A DNA stretch of 64,000 bases, taken from Candidatus Krumholzibacteriota bacterium (GTDB lineage: Bacteria > Krumholzibacteriota > Krumholzibacteriia > JAJRXK01). The stretch spans positions 320,001 through 384,000 of the forward strand of contig CAVXTH010000006.1 of assembly GCA_963764625.1 (NCBI GenBank). The letters run 5' to 3'. This document shows, in pieces, positions 10,881 to 21,711 of the stretch. Below the pieces are notes generated by a model. That model made no database searches. It was not told the DNA's origin and saw only the letters and a program-made list of their open reading frames with translations. The translations under genes and the position numbers were made by a program. Position 1 is the first letter of the stretch. Each line of letters begins with the position of its first letter.

Positions 10881-11822
10881 GTGGTATTCGGGGCGCTGCG
10901 CAATCTGCGGAGAAGTCTGGGAAAGACCTCGGATCAAGTGGTGAGCCGTATTGGCGCGGCCCTGCGCCGCGAAGTCTATCTCACCGAGGAGTTTCTGGAG
11001 GAGGTAGAGGAAATCCTCATCGCGGCCGACGTGGGGGTGGAAGCGTCCACCGAACTGGCCGGGGGTCTTCGCAAGCGCTTGAAAGAGGAGGGAGCCAAAG
11101 CCCAACTCTCCGATGTCACGCGCGTCCTACGTGAGGACGTCGCCCGCTTGGTGGGTGGCGCGCAGGGAGGGGAAGTGGAATTGGGTGGCCCACCTCACGT
11201 GGTGCTGATGGTGGGCGTGAACGGAGTCGGGAAGACCACCTCCATCGCGAAGCTGGCCTATTATCACAAGCAGCGTCAGCGGGACGTTCTGTTGGCGGCG
11301 GCCGACACGTTCCGGGCGGCCGCGGTCGAGCAGCTCGCCGCCTGGTCGCAGCGCGTGGGCGTCGACATCATCAAGCAGGCCATGGGATCCGATCCCGCCT
11401 CGGTCGCCTTCGATGCCCTGGCCTCCGCGAAGGCCAAGAGTCGCGATGTCGTCATCGTGGATACGGCCGGGCGCTTGCACACCAAGGAAGGCTTGATGCG
11501 CGAGCTCGAGAAGATCGCTCGGGTCTGCGGACGTCAGGTCGAGGGTGCGCCGCACGAGACCATTCTCTGCATCGACGCCAACACCGGCCAGAATGGCATC
11601 TCCCAGGCCAAGGAGTTTTCCTCGGTGGTGCCGATCAATTCGATTTTCCTGAGCAAACTCGATGGATCGGCCAAGGGGGGAATCGTGGTCGCGATCGCGC
11701 GTGCGCTCGAAATTCCCGTGCGTTACGTGGGAACAGGCGAAGGCATCGAAGACTTCGCTCTCTTCGACGCCGACGAATTCGCCGCGGGTCTCTTCCGTCT
11801 GCAGGGCGAAGAACTCGCCTAG
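10881..11822 (+). CDS. ftsY: SRP receptor GTPase FtsY
   Basis: GVNGVGKTTSIAKLA, DTFRAAA, DTAGR, KLDGSAKGG. Confidence 0.96.
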   Translation: MVFGALRNLRRSLGKTSDQVVSRIGAALRREVYLTEEFLEEVEEILIAADVGVEASTELAGGLRKRLKEEGAKAQLSDVTRVLREDVARLVGGAQGGEVELGGPPHVVLMVGVNGVGKTTSIAKLAYYHKQRQRDVLLAAADTFRAAAVEQLAAWSQRVGVDIIKQAMGSDPASVAFDALASAKAKSRDVVIVDTAGRLHTKEGLMRELEKIARVCGRQVEGAPHETILCIDANTGQNGISQAKEFSSVVPINSIFLSKLDGSAKGGIVVAIARALEIPVRYVGTGEGIEDFALFDADEFAAGLFRLQGEELA

Positions 11823-11852
11823 TTCAGATGCCCCGTTTCCCTGGGGAGTGTT

Positions 11853-12965
11853 TTGACCGTGCATTCCGATGAGCACTGGATGCGCCGGGCCCTGTGCCTG
11901 GCCGCGCGCCACGCCGGCGATACGTGGCCCAACCCCACGGTGGGGGCGGTGCTCGTTCGTGAGGGAGAACTCGTGGCTGAAGGGGTCCACGCCGGCGCCG
12001 GCCATCTCCACGCCGAGATCGAGGCTCTGCAACGAGCCAGAGAGAAGTCTCGTGGCAGCACTCTCTACGTGAGCCTCGAACCCTGTCATCATACCGGACG
12101 CACGCCACCCTGTTCGCGGGCCCTGGCCGAGGCCGGTGTGGCGCGCGTGGTCTACGCGGTCAGCGATCGCAATCCTCGGGTGCGAGGGGGAGGCGGAAAC
12201 TGGTTGCGTTCTCAGGGCGTCGAGGTGGTGGAAGGAGCCCTGGCCGACCGCGCCTGGGAGTTGAATCACCCTTTTTTCGAGACGGAAGGGGGCGCGCGCG
12301 CTCACCTCACCCTGAAACTGGCTCTGAGCCTCGATGGCAGAATGGCCCGGTCCTCGGGTCCACAGGAGGATCCGCGCCGAAGACTCATCACCGGGGTGGC
12401 CGCCCACCGCGCGGTGCACCGGATGCGAGCGAGGGCGAGCGTGATCCTGGTGGGACGGCGCACCGTGCTCTGGGACCAACCTCTCCTCAAGGTCCGGCTC
12501 GATTCGGCGCCGCGCCAGCCGCGACGCGCCGTCATCGATCCCCATCTGTCCTTGCGCCCCGACCAACTCGGATCGAGGAATTCCGGGCGACCCTGGCTCA
12601 TTTTCTGTAACCGCGAAGCGGTCGAAGAGCGCGGCCAGCCTCTTTGCGCCCTGGGGCACGAACTCGCGCCTTGCCATGCTGGCTCCAGTGGTGAACTTGA
12701 AGGGAGAGAGATTCTCGAGCACCTGCACCGCATGGGCCTCGGTCAAGTGATGCTCGAAGGAGGCTGGAGGACCGCAACTCACTTCCTTGCTAACGGTTTG
12801 GTCGATCGGCTCCATCTCTTTCTCGCTCCCGTTCTCCTCGGTGGAGACGGGGGTGGCCCCCACGAGTGGATTGGGGCGGAAAGCAGGTGGGAGAGCTATC
12901 TTCTTCGCCGGCGCGGGGAGGACAGCGAGTGGATTCTGCGGAGGAATGACCTGCCAAGATTCTAG
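11853..12965 (+). CDS. ribD: Bifunctional riboflavin deaminase/reductase
   Basis: PNPTVGAV, HAE, LEPCHHTGRTPPC, SLDG, LEGG. Confidence 0.95.
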   Translation: MTVHSDEHWMRRALCLAARHAGDTWPNPTVGAVLVREGELVAEGVHAGAGHLHAEIEALQRAREKSRGSTLYVSLEPCHHTGRTPPCSRALAEAGVARVVYAVSDRNPRVRGGGGNWLRSQGVEVVEGALADRAWELNHPFFETEGGARAHLTLKLALSLDGRMARSSGPQEDPRRRLITGVAAHRAVHRMRARASVILVGRRTVLWDQPLLKVRLDSAPRQPRRAVIDPHLSLRPDQLGSRNSGRPWLIFCNREAVEERGQPLCALGHELAPCHAGSSGELEGREILEHLHRMGLGQVMLEGGWRTATHFLANGLVDRLHLFLAPVLLGGDGGGPHEWIGAESRWESYLLRRRGEDSEWILRRNDLPRF

Positions 12966-13027
12966 CTGGTCGCGGTCCTTTCCCTGGACCTCGACCCCGA
13001 CCTTTGGGCCAAAGGGAAGCGAGTTTC

Positions 13028-13678
13028 ATGTTCACGGGGATCATCCAGGGGATCGGCGAGGTCGTCTCGGTGCGCCGTAGCGCGAGCGACCGAATCCTGA
13101 CGGTCAGGAACGAGGCGCTCGCTCCCCGACTGGCTCTGGGCGCCAGCATTGCGCTGGATGGCGTCTGCCAGACCGTGGTCGAACTCAGCGGGGAAGCGTT
13201 CACCGTCGAGGCCATGGCGGAGACGCTCCGGGTGACGAGTTTCGGCTCGCTCGAGACGGGTGCGCGGGTGAATCTGGAGCTTCCCGTGGCGGCCGGAGAA
13301 GCGATGGGGGGGCATTTCGTACAGGGTCATGTAGATGGTTTGGCGCGCGTGGAGTCGCGCAAGCGCATGGGTGAAGCGGAGCACTGGCGCTATTCGGCCG
13401 ACGCGGCCCTGGTCGAGCAGATGGTGCCCAAAGGGAGCGTTGCCCTCGACGGAATCAGCCTGACCGTGGGACCGGATCTGGGCCAGGATAGTTTCGAGGT
13501 CTTCCTCATTCCCCACACGCTTTCCGAAACCACCATGGGGTCCAAGAGAGTGGGCGATGCAGTAAACCTGGAAACCGACATTCTCGGCAAGTATCTTCAA
13601 CGTTACTTGCACTCGAGCGATCTACGCTCCAGCCGCTTGGACTGGGCTGCGATCCGCCGCGCTGGATTGGCCGACTGA
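13028..13678 (+). CDS. ribE: Riboflavin synthase (alpha chain)
   Basis: MFTGII start, [29 protein letters not shown]. Confidence 0.96.
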   Translation: MFTGIIQGIGEVVSVRRSASDRILTVRNEALAPRLALGASIALDGVCQTVVELSGEAFTVEAMAETLRVTSFGSLETGARVNLELPVAAGEAMGGHFVQGHVDGLARVESRKRMGEAEHWRYSADAALVEQMVPKGSVALDGISLTVGPDLGQDSFEVFLIPHTLSETTMGSKRVGDAVNLETDILGKYLQRYLHSSDLRSSRLDWAAIRRAGLAD

Positions 13679-13685
13679 AAGAGAA

Positions 13686-14960
13686 GTGACGATGGACGAC
13701 GGACAAAAGCGGCAAACCAAGGACCCGGGGAGCGATGATCGAGCCCGCATCGATGCCATCGAAAAGGCGGTGGAGCAAATTCGGCGTGGGGGGATGGTCG
13801 TCGTAGTCGATGACGCCGATCGTGAGAACGAAGGCGATCTCATCGTGGCGGCCAAGAGCGCGACCGCGGCCGACATCAATTTCATGGCGACGCACGCGCG
13901 CGGGCTGATCTGTCTCGCGGCCACCCCGGAGAGGCTGGAAGAACTCGAACTCCATCCCATGGTCCATCGCAACACTTCACGACTCGGCACCCACTTCACG
14001 ATCTCGATCGACGCGGTCAAGAACACGAGTACCGGCATTTCCGCGGCCGATCGCGCCGAGACCATTCGACAATTTCTCGATCCGAACACCAAGCCGAATG
14101 ATTTGGCCCGGCCGGGACACATTTTTCCTCTGCAGGCGCAGCCGGGGGGGGTACTCACTCGCGCCGGCCACACCGAGGCCTCGGTCGATCTGGCGAAAAT
14201 GGCAGGACTTCCTCCCGCCGGGGTCCTGTGCGAGATCATGGACGAAGATGGAAGCATGATGCGTATGCCGGGCTTGGAGGAATTCGCCCGTCAGCACTCT
14301 CTGCCTCTCATTACGGTGCGAGATCTGATCGAGTACCGGCAGCACACCGAAAAACTCGTCCGCCGCGAGACCGAGGTGGTACTTCCCACTCCCTTTGGCG
14401 AATTCCGTTTGATGTCGTACAGCAGCAAGGTCGATGCCGAGCATCATTTGGCTCTGGTCATGGGTACGGTCGACGACGACGAACCGGTTCTGGTGCGAGT
14501 GCACAGCGAGTGTCTCACCGGAGATGTATTCCACAGCATGAGGTGCGATTGCGGAGCGCAGCTCGACGCCGCGATGCGTCAGGTGGGAGAGGCGGGTAGA
14601 GGAATCGTTCTCTACATGCGCCAGGAAGGCCGTGGCATCGGGCTCCTCAACAAGCTTCGTGCCTATGCACTGCAAGATGAAGGCGCAGACACGGTGGAGG
14701 CGAACCTAAAGTTGGGATTTCAGCCCGATCTCCGCCACTACGGAGTCGGCGCGCAAATCCTCTGCGATCTCGGCGTCTCCCAGATGCGCCTGCTCACGAA
14801 CAATCCCAAGAAGATCGTTGGCCTCTCGGGTTACGGTTTGGAGGTCGTGGAGAGAGTTGCGTTGGAAGTTGGTTCCAACGATTCCAATCGTCGTTACCTC
14901 ACCACTAAACGTGACAAAATGGGCCACCTTCTGGGCGGGCTCGATGAGAAAGGATCGTGA
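13686..14960 (+). CDS. ribBA: DHBP synthase / GTP cyclohydrolase II
   Basis: [46 protein letters not shown]. Confidence 0.97.
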   Translation: MTMDDGQKRQTKDPGSDDRARIDAIEKAVEQIRRGGMVVVVDDADRENEGDLIVAAKSATAADINFMATHARGLICLAATPERLEELELHPMVHRNTSRLGTHFTISIDAVKNTSTGISAADRAETIRQFLDPNTKPNDLARPGHIFPLQAQPGGVLTRAGHTEASVDLAKMAGLPPAGVLCEIMDEDGSMMRMPGLEEFARQHSLPLITVRDLIEYRQHTEKLVRRETEVVLPTPFGEFRLMSYSSKVDAEHHLALVMGTVDDDEPVLVRVHSECLTGDVFHSMRCDCGAQLDAAMRQVGEAGRGIVLYMRQEGRGIGLLNKLRAYALQDEGADTVEANLKLGFQPDLRHYGVGAQILCDLGVSQMRLLTNNPKKIVGLSGYGLEVVERVALEVGSNDSNRRYLTTKRDKMGHLLGGLDEKGS

Positions 14961-15439
14961 TGTCCACCGTTTTCGAAGGACACTACGCGAAGACCAAGGG
15001 CAAGCTCGGGATCGTCGTTGCCCGTTTCAATGCGCTGTTTTCCAAGCAGCTCCTCGAAGGTGCGCTCGATGGTTTGCGTCGGCATGGAGTCAGCGAGGAC
15101 GAGGTGGACGTGGTCTGGGTTCCGGGGGCCACGGAGATTCCTCTGGTCTGCCAGCGCATGGCCGAGAGCGGCGAGTATGTTGCCCTCATCGCGCTGGGCG
15201 CGGTCATCCGGGGTGCGACCGCCCACTTCGACTACGTGGCCCAAAGTGTGAGCCGGGGATGCGACCAGGTGAGACTTCAGACCGGAGTGCCGCTGATCAA
15301 CGGAGTATTGACCACGGAAAACCTGGAGCAGGCGATGGAGCGCTCCGGCACCAAGGCGGGAAACAAAGGTTACGACGCCGCCCTCGCCGCTCTCGAGATG
15401 GCGGATCTTCTGCGCCAACTTCCACGAGGAAAAGACTGA
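14960..15439 (+). CDS. ribH: 6,7-dimethyl-8-ribityllumazine synthase
   Basis: [32 protein letters not shown]. Confidence 0.96.
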   Translation: MSTVFEGHYAKTKGKLGIVVARFNALFSKQLLEGALDGLRRHGVSEDEVDVVWVPGATEIPLVCQRMAESGEYVALIALGAVIRGATAHFDYVAQSVSRGCDQVRLQTGVPLINGVLTTENLEQAMERSGTKAGNKGYDAALAALEMADLLRQLPRGKD

Positions 15440-15440
15440 G

Positions 15441-15893
15441 ATGGGTCGACAACGTAAGGCTCGCGAACTCATGGTGCAGGCACTCTACGCCAGCGCGTTG
15501 GGTGGCAAGGGACTGGACGAGGCGGTGAGCGAGCAGATCGAGCGGCGCGGCCCGACCAGTTCCACCATCGAGTACGTCATGAAAGTGAGCCATGAGCTGC
15601 AGCGCGTGGGCGCGGAGCTCGACCGAGAAATCAACGCGGCGCTGACGGGTTGGAGTCCGGAGCGAGTAGGCGTGGTCGAACGGGCGATTCTCCGTCTGGC
15701 TCTGCTCGAGATGATCTATCTGCCCGAGACTCCGGCCAAGGTCGCGATTTCAGAAGCAGTTGACTTGGCGAAGACCTACAGCAGCGACGATGCCGCTCGT
15801 TTCGTGAACGGAGTTCTCGACCACATCCTGAAGGAGCATGAGACGCCGGCCGGCGAAAGCGTCGACGAATCGGCCGGAGAGAAGCATGCCTGA
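15441..15893 (+). CDS. nusB: Transcription antitermination factor NusB
   Basis: RKARELMVQALY, ERAILRLA, ISEAVDLAK, FVNGVLD; follows ribH. Confidence 0.95.
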   Translation: MGRQRKARELMVQALYASALGGKGLDEAVSEQIERRGPTSSTIEYVMKVSHELQRVGAELDREINAALTGWSPERVGVVERAILRLALLEMIYLPETPAKVAISEAVDLAKTYSSDDAARFVNGVLDHILKEHETPAGESVDESAGEKHA

Positions 15894-15901
15894 GCCCTCC
15901 G

Positions 15902-15931
15902 TTGCCGACCGGTTTCCCTCGCCGGTATACT
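15902..15931 (+). promoter_or_regulatory. Sigma70-type promoter at the start of the glycosylation locus (possibly leaderless)
   Basis: TTGCCG (15902-15907), 18 nt spacer, TATACT (15926-15931); ATG lies 6 nt downstream. Confidence 0.55.
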
Positions 15932-15937
15932 CATCCC

Positions 15938-16717
15938 ATGCGTGAATCCCGCAAAGAACACTGGCAGAACTTCTGGGTCGAGGCGGGAAGCCTCAGTCTG
16001 CACGAAGTCTACGGGAATGATGGCCGGATTCTCCGCGAGGTGTTCGGGATCATGAACCCGCAGGGAGCGCGCGTGCTCGAAGTGGGTGCAGGGACGGGTC
16101 GCGACAGCTTGGCCCTGGCGAAGGCCGGAGCTGAGGTGGTCACCCTCGATTACGTGCCCGAAAGCCTCCGTCTAATCCACGAGGCCGCCGACGCCGCTGG
16201 AGCCAGAGTGGCGGTGGTGGGGGGCGACGGGCTCGAGATGCCTTTCGCGGACGGAACATTCGATCTCGTATTCCATCAGGGCCTTTTGGAGCACTTCCGC
16301 GATCCGATTCCCCTCTTGCGCGAAAACGTACGAGTGCTCAAACCGGGGGGAGTTCTGCTCGTCGACGTTCCGCAGCGCTACCACTACTACACCCTCGGAA
16401 AACATGCCCTGATGTTGTTCGATCGCTGGTTCGCGGGGTGGGAGACCGAGTTCACGGTGGCGGAACTCGAGGACTTGTTGAGCTCCATCGGACTCACTGT
16501 CGAACGCAGTTACGGCGACTGGATGGTTCCGGCGCTGTGGTACCGAGCCCTCCGCAAAGTGCTTCTGAAAACCCTGGGTCTTCGCTTGCCCATGTACCCG
16601 CGGGGCATCTGGCCCTTCGCCCCTCTAGCCCAAGGATTTCGGGGCTGGTTCAAGAAGAGCCGGATCTCCCTCTACACCACGATCGTGGTGGGCTGTCTGG
16701 CGCGGAAGCGTGCTTGA
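15938..16717 (+). CDS. Class I SAM-dependent methyltransferase
   Basis: VLEVGAGTG, FADGTFDLV, LLEHF, VLKPGG. Confidence 0.9.
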   Translation: MRESRKEHWQNFWVEAGSLSLHEVYGNDGRILREVFGIMNPQGARVLEVGAGTGRDSLALAKAGAEVVTLDYVPESLRLIHEAADAAGARVAVVGGDGLEMPFADGTFDLVFHQGLLEHFRDPIPLLRENVRVLKPGGVLLVDVPQRYHYYTLGKHALMLFDRWFAGWETEFTVAELEDLLSSIGLTVERSYGDWMVPALWYRALRKVLLKTLGLRLPMYPRGIWPFAPLAQGFRGWFKKSRISLYTTIVVGCLARKRA

Positions 16718-16790
16718 AGATCCCGTGGGAAGGCGAGAAGATCCACCGCGCGAGGCCACTTTGGGTCACCACTAGACTGGAGCTGCTCCC

Positions 16791-17912
16791 CTGAAGATCT
16801 TAGCAGTGAATTGGCGTGACCGCGGCGATCCCATGGGTGGTGGGGCTGAAGTTCACCTCCATGAAATCCTGCGCCACGCGGTGAAGCGGGGCCATGAAGT
16901 GACGTGGCTCGCCTGCAGCTATCCGGGCGCGGAGGCCGAGGAGCTGGATGAGGACGGCATACGCCATCGGCGTCGGGGCGGCTGGCGATGGGCAAACCTG
17001 AGCCTTCCCGGTCTGATGAAGGACGAGCTGAAGCGGCGCGAATACGACCTCGTGGTGGAGGACATCAACAAGATCCCCTTCTTCACTCCATGGCATACGC
17101 GTTTGCCAGTGCTCGTGATTGTCCCTCATCTCTTCGGCGCCACCGTCTTCCGCGAAACCAATCCCCTGACTGCGAGCTATGTCTATCTGAGTGAACGCCC
17201 CATACCGTGGGTCTATCGGAATTCGCATTTTCTGGCCATCAGCCAGAGCACTGCGAATGATCTCGTGCGCCGGGGGATCGACCGCGAGAGGGTGGACATC
17301 GTGGAATGCGGCATGGACCACCGTCCCTATCGGCTCGATGATCCTCCGCCGCGTTCGCACGTGCCCATGGTGGTGCATCTGGGACGATTGAGGCGTTACA
17401 AGAGCGTGGACGTGGTCTTGAGGGCGATGGTGGCCATCCGCCGGGTGCTCCCGGATACCGTGCTCGAGATCGTCGGCGATGGTCCGGACGAGAGCCGGCT
17501 GCGCAAGCTCGCGCACGAATTGGGGCTATCCGAGGCCGTCCATTTTCTGGGTTACCTGCCCCGGGCCGAGATCGTGAACCTGCTCTACCGCAGTCATCTC
17601 TTCTTGAATCCCTCCCCCAAGGAGGGCTGGGGTCTCACCGTCATCGAGGCCAATGCCTGCGGGGTTCCCGTGATCGCGAGCCGGCGCCCGGGACTGGTCG
17701 ACTCGGTGCGGGAAGGGGAAACCGGCCTGTTGGCCGAGTACGGTCGACCCGAGGAGTTCGCGGCCAAGGCTCTCGAGCTGCTCACCGACCACCCGCTCTG
17801 GCGGAGCTACAGCGAGAACGCCTTGCGCTGGGCGCGGAGTTTCAATTGGGAAGACTGCGCCGCCCGAAGTCTGACCGTGATGGAGCGCGCGGCTCAGGAG
17901 AGATCTCGATGA
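16791..17912 (+). CDS. Glycosyltransferase family 4 (probable CTG start)
   Basis: (M)KILAVNWRD...GGAEVH, GRLRRYK, EGWGLTVIEANACG. Confidence 0.9.
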   Translation: MKILAVNWRDRGDPMGGGAEVHLHEILRHAVKRGHEVTWLACSYPGAEAEELDEDGIRHRRRGGWRWANLSLPGLMKDELKRREYDLVVEDINKIPFFTPWHTRLPVLVIVPHLFGATVFRETNPLTASYVYLSERPIPWVYRNSHFLAISQSTANDLVRRGIDRERVDIVECGMDHRPYRLDDPPPRSHVPMVVHLGRLRRYKSVDVVLRAMVAIRRVLPDTVLEIVGDGPDESRLRKLAHELGLSEAVHFLGYLPRAEIVNLLYRSHLFLNPSPKEGWGLTVIEANACGVPVIASRRPGLVDSVREGETGLLAEYGRPEEFAAKALELLTDHPLWRSYSENALRWARSFNWEDCAARSLTVMERAAQERSR

Positions 17913-18943
17913 GCATGGCAAGCCCGCCGCGCCGACCGAGATGGTGGAGTCTGGTCCTGCGAGTCCTCGTCAGCGTCACTCTCATGGTCTGGCTCGTGCA
18001 CAGCCTTCAGGGAGGGTGGAAAAAGCTGGAAGACGTGCGCGTGCTCACTCTCGCTCCCGCCGCGCTGGTGTTCGTTTTGAGCACGATCCTCGGCGCCCTG
18101 CAGTGGGGTCTCTTGTTGCGACACGCCGGACTTGGTCTTTCTCTGGGCAGACTTGCGCGCATCTACTGGGTCGGTCTCTTCTTCAACAACTTTCTTCCGA
18201 GCAATGTGGGGGGTGATCTCGTCAAGGTCGCCGACGTTTCCCTCAGCACCGGGGAGCTGAGCCGGGCGGTGGCGGGAACCATCCTGGATCGAGTGTTGGG
18301 CCTGAGCGCCCTCGCCGCTTTGGGCATCTTCGCCGCACTTCTCTCGCGCCGCGTCTGCCAACCCGGCCTTCCCGTCCTCTTGCTGCTCGGGGTCTGGTTG
18401 GGGCTTCTGCTCATGGGTGGACTGCTCTTATCGAGGCGCTTAGGGGAGAGAGTCACGCGTCTTGTCGCAAGGATCCGCTTCGGACGGATCCACGAGAGGC
18501 TTCAGGCCCTCAGCGGCGAATTCGCGCACTACAGACACTCTCCGGTCTTTCTGCTGAAGATCTTCGCGCTCGCCCTCCTGGTGCAATTTTTTCGCGTGCT
18601 CACCCACGTACTGGTGGCGCAGGCCCTGGCTATTCCCTTGAATTGGCCGCTCGTGCTGGGCCTCTACGTTTTCATCCCGGTGCTCGGGATCGCCATCGTT
18701 TTGCCCATCTCGTTCAACGGACTGGGGCTTCGGGAACTCATCGCGACCCGCCTTCTGCCGGGGATCGGAATCGCGGCGCCCGAGGCCTTCGCGCTGCAGA
18801 TCACGACCTATCTCGTACAAGTGGCGGTGAGTGCGGTCGGGGGGCTGTTTTTCGCCCTCCGCCTGCTCCGAGGCGGGCGGAACGCGGGGCCGAAGTCGCA
18901 AGAAGGCGAGGGCGGAGCCTCCGCACGGCTAAAGAGCGAGTGA
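17909..18943 (+). CDS. Lysylphosphatidylglycerol synthase TM-domain (UPF0104) flippase-like membrane protein
   Basis: FFNNFLPSNVGGDLVK, DRVLG, LPISFNGLGLRE; multiple TM helices. Confidence 0.88.
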   Translation: MSMASPPRRPRWWSLVLRVLVSVTLMVWLVHSLQGGWKKLEDVRVLTLAPAALVFVLSTILGALQWGLLLRHAGLGLSLGRLARIYWVGLFFNNFLPSNVGGDLVKVADVSLSTGELSRAVAGTILDRVLGLSALAALGIFAALLSRRVCQPGLPVLLLLGVWLGLLLMGGLLLSRRLGERVTRLVARIRFGRIHERLQALSGEFAHYRHSPVFLLKIFALALLVQFFRVLTHVLVAQALAIPLNWPLVLGLYVFIPVLGIAIVLPISFNGLGLRELIATRLLPGIGIAAPEAFALQITTYLVQVAVSAVGGLFFALRLLRGGRNAGPKSQEGEGGASARLKSE

Positions 18944-19025
18944 ATGAGAACTTGCCGCAGGGAACCCCGGTTTGCTCGGGACGTACCAACGAGCCGCATG
19001 GCCTCTACGCCGAAGGGGCGAGCTG

Positions 19026-19034
19026 TGCTAGAGT
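19026..19034 (+). promoter_or_regulatory. Possible extended -10 element upstream of the DUF2723 gene
   Basis: TGcTAGAGT in the intergenic gap; no clear -35. Confidence 0.3.
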
Positions 19035-19080
19035 TTCGCTCCGGTCGGCCGATGGCTGTCTCATCCGAAGGAAGTAGATC

Positions 19081-21711
19081 TTGCTGAATCGCGCGCTCAA
19101 GAGACCCAATACCTTCATGGCGCTCGCTCTCTTCGTTCTGAGTTTCGGGGTCTACGCCGCCACGACTTCGAGAACCATCTCCTTTTGGGACTGTGGAGAG
19201 TTCGTCGCGACCGCCTACGGGTTGGGGATTCCCCATCAGCCGGGCACCCCGCTCTACGTACTGGTGGCGCACATCTTCTCCCTGCTGCCTCTGGGTTTGT
19301 CCGTAGCCCTCAAGGTAAACCTGATGAGCGCCTTCTTCGCGGCGCTGGCCGTCGTGTTCACTTATCTGACCGCGGCTCGTCTGCAGGAAAGCGTGGGAAG
19401 AGGAGATCCAGGACCCTAGTCCGGCCTGGCTCGTGAGGATGGGCGCGGCGGTGGGCGCCTGTTTTTTGGCCTTCAGCACCACCTTCTGGAACAACGCCAT
19501 CGAGGCGGAGGTCTACAGTCTGGCGGCCTTCGTGCTCGCCCTCACCGGCTACATGATCGTCCGCTGGTACGAACAGAGAAAGGTCCTGGCATCGTCGACC
19601 TTCTTCCTGCTCGTGATCTACGTCATGGGGCTCTCGGTGGGATTCCATCTGGGGTCGGTGCTGGTCTACCCGGGCCTGTTCGTCGTCGCTCTCATCTGCC
19701 GGGACAAAGCGCTCGACGACATCGATTTGCTCTTGGTCTCCTTCACCATGGGAGTCTTCGTTCTCTCCACCATGCTGAAGAGCAACATCTTCTTTTCGAT
19801 GCTCTACCTGATCCTGATCGGGGTGGCGTTGTGGCGTCTGCTCGTGCCGAATGGTTCGGGCTTCGCGCTGGCCGGAATCGCGCTGTTCTTCTTGGGCCTC
19901 TCCGTTCACATATTCATGCTCATTCGAACCACTCAGTCGCCCTTCATCAATCAGAGTGTGCCAGATACTTTCGCGCGCCTGATGATGGTGATTCGTCGCG
20001 AGCAGTATCCGCCACGCGTGCCCTGGCATCGCGAGGCGCCGCTGCTGTGGCAGATCGGACATTTTCTGGGGACGAGCGTCTGGGGTGGTGATTCCAGTCT
20101 TGCCGGCCGTCGCGTCGTGGGCTTCCTCCAACAGTTCACCTTCTTGCCCCGCCCCGGATTCCTCGACAGCTTCGTTCCCATCTCCCTGGGACTCTACGGA
20201 ATCCTGAACCAGTTCCGGGGAAATCGGAAGCTGGCGTGGGGCTTCTTCACCGTGTTTCTCATCAATTCCGTGGGCTTGCTCATCATTCTGAACTTCACCA
20301 ACCACGAAGTACGCGATCGAGACTACTTCTATTTCGGCGCCTTCCAGTTCTGGGCGCTGTTCATGGCCCTTGGCGCCGGGGGCTTTCTGCGTTCGATCTG
20401 GTTGGGAATGCGGGAGAAAGACAGGACTCGGCACCTGGTTATGGCGGGCGGCGGTCTCTTGATCGCCATCGCTCTCCTTCCGGTGTTGATTCCGCACCAT
20501 CCGAAGTACTACGAGCACGATCGGAGCCACGACTATATCGCTCGCGACTACGGTTGGAACATGCTCGTGAGCCTTCCCCCGAACAGCATCCTGTTCACGA
20601 ACGGTGACAACGACACTTTTCCCCTGTGGTATCTCCAAGGGGTGGAGAAGTTTCGTACCGATGTTCGCGTGGTGAATCTGAGTCTCATCAACGTGCCGTG
20701 GTACATCAAGCAGCTCAGAGACGTGCCCCCGAAGTGCCCCATCAACTGGAACGATGCCCAGATCGAAGGCAAGGAACCGATCGAACACAAGGGTATGCGG
20801 ACCAAACTCGAAGCTCAGATGCTTCCCGACAAGACCGTGCTGTGGATCCGCGACATGGCGGTCTGGCACATCATCGAGCAGAATCGGTGGCGGCGCCCCA
20901 TCTACTTTGCAGTCACCATTCCTCCCGATTACATCTCCGACTACGACCCCTACTTCAACATGAAGGGACTCGTCTATCGTCTGACTCCCAAGCGGAGCCC
21001 GGACGGCAGATCCAAGATCGACGCGGATGCGATCATGACGAATCTGACCGAGAACTACGACATGGCGGGGATCTGGAAGCCGTATACTCCCCAGTCGAAG
21101 GTCAAGCCGAGGCTGGGGGAGGATCTCCCTTTCGTGCGGGACGATTCCTTCTATAAGGACTTCAATACGACTCACTTGACGAGAAATTACCCGGCAGCTC
21201 TCTGCCGGGTCGCGTACGCGAGACTCACCTCAGGAGAGCAAGAGAAGGGAATTCATGGCGCTCAGGTTGGCATTCGAACTCGATCCGACCTTTCCCTTCC
21301 TTGTCGATCTGATCCCGACCGCGTTCATACAGTCACACCACGTCGACGAAGCGCTCAAGATCGGCAGTTACTACTTGGATCACCTGAGCGATCCCCGGGG
21401 TCTGGCGGTGGACATGGGACGGAGTCTGCTCAGTTTTGGTTATCCCGAGAAGGCCGAGGCGTGGACGAACACGCTGCTCGAACACGATCCCGACGAGAGA
21501 GCCTATGTGCGCATGAAGGTGCGGGTCCTGTGGGAAGCGGGAAGGAAGGATCAAGCCATCGACGTGCTTCAATCCTTCATTCAGCGCACCGGCGACTCGG
21601 AGTCACAGGGCGACCTCGAGGAGATGAAGAAGCCACCTGAACGACGAACCTACTTCGGTGCCAGCCGAGGGCGACTCTTCGGCAGCCGGAACCCCGGAGG
21701 GAGGGGAGTGA
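19081..21711 (+). CDS. DUF2723 / TMEM260-like GT-C membrane protein with C-terminal TPR-like region; three frame breaks (~19415, ~21252, ~21630)
   Basis: SFWDCGEF...GIPHQPGTPLY, AEVYSL, REQY, EVRDRDYFY, FTNGDNDTFPLWYLQ; reconstructed tail ...EGDSSAAGTPEGGE-stop overlaps the next GTG. Confidence 0.85.

Noticed and set aside
11823-11852. FMN riboswitch upstream of the rib genes
   Set aside because: Only ~30 nt separate ftsY and ribD, and no RFN-element motifs are visible
11127-12863. Long antisense and alternate-frame ORFs (e.g. 11127-12863, 19358-21175, 25178-27064, 25531-27321, 60143-61843)
   Set aside because: They shadow well-supported genes in high-GC DNA and contain no recognisable motifs
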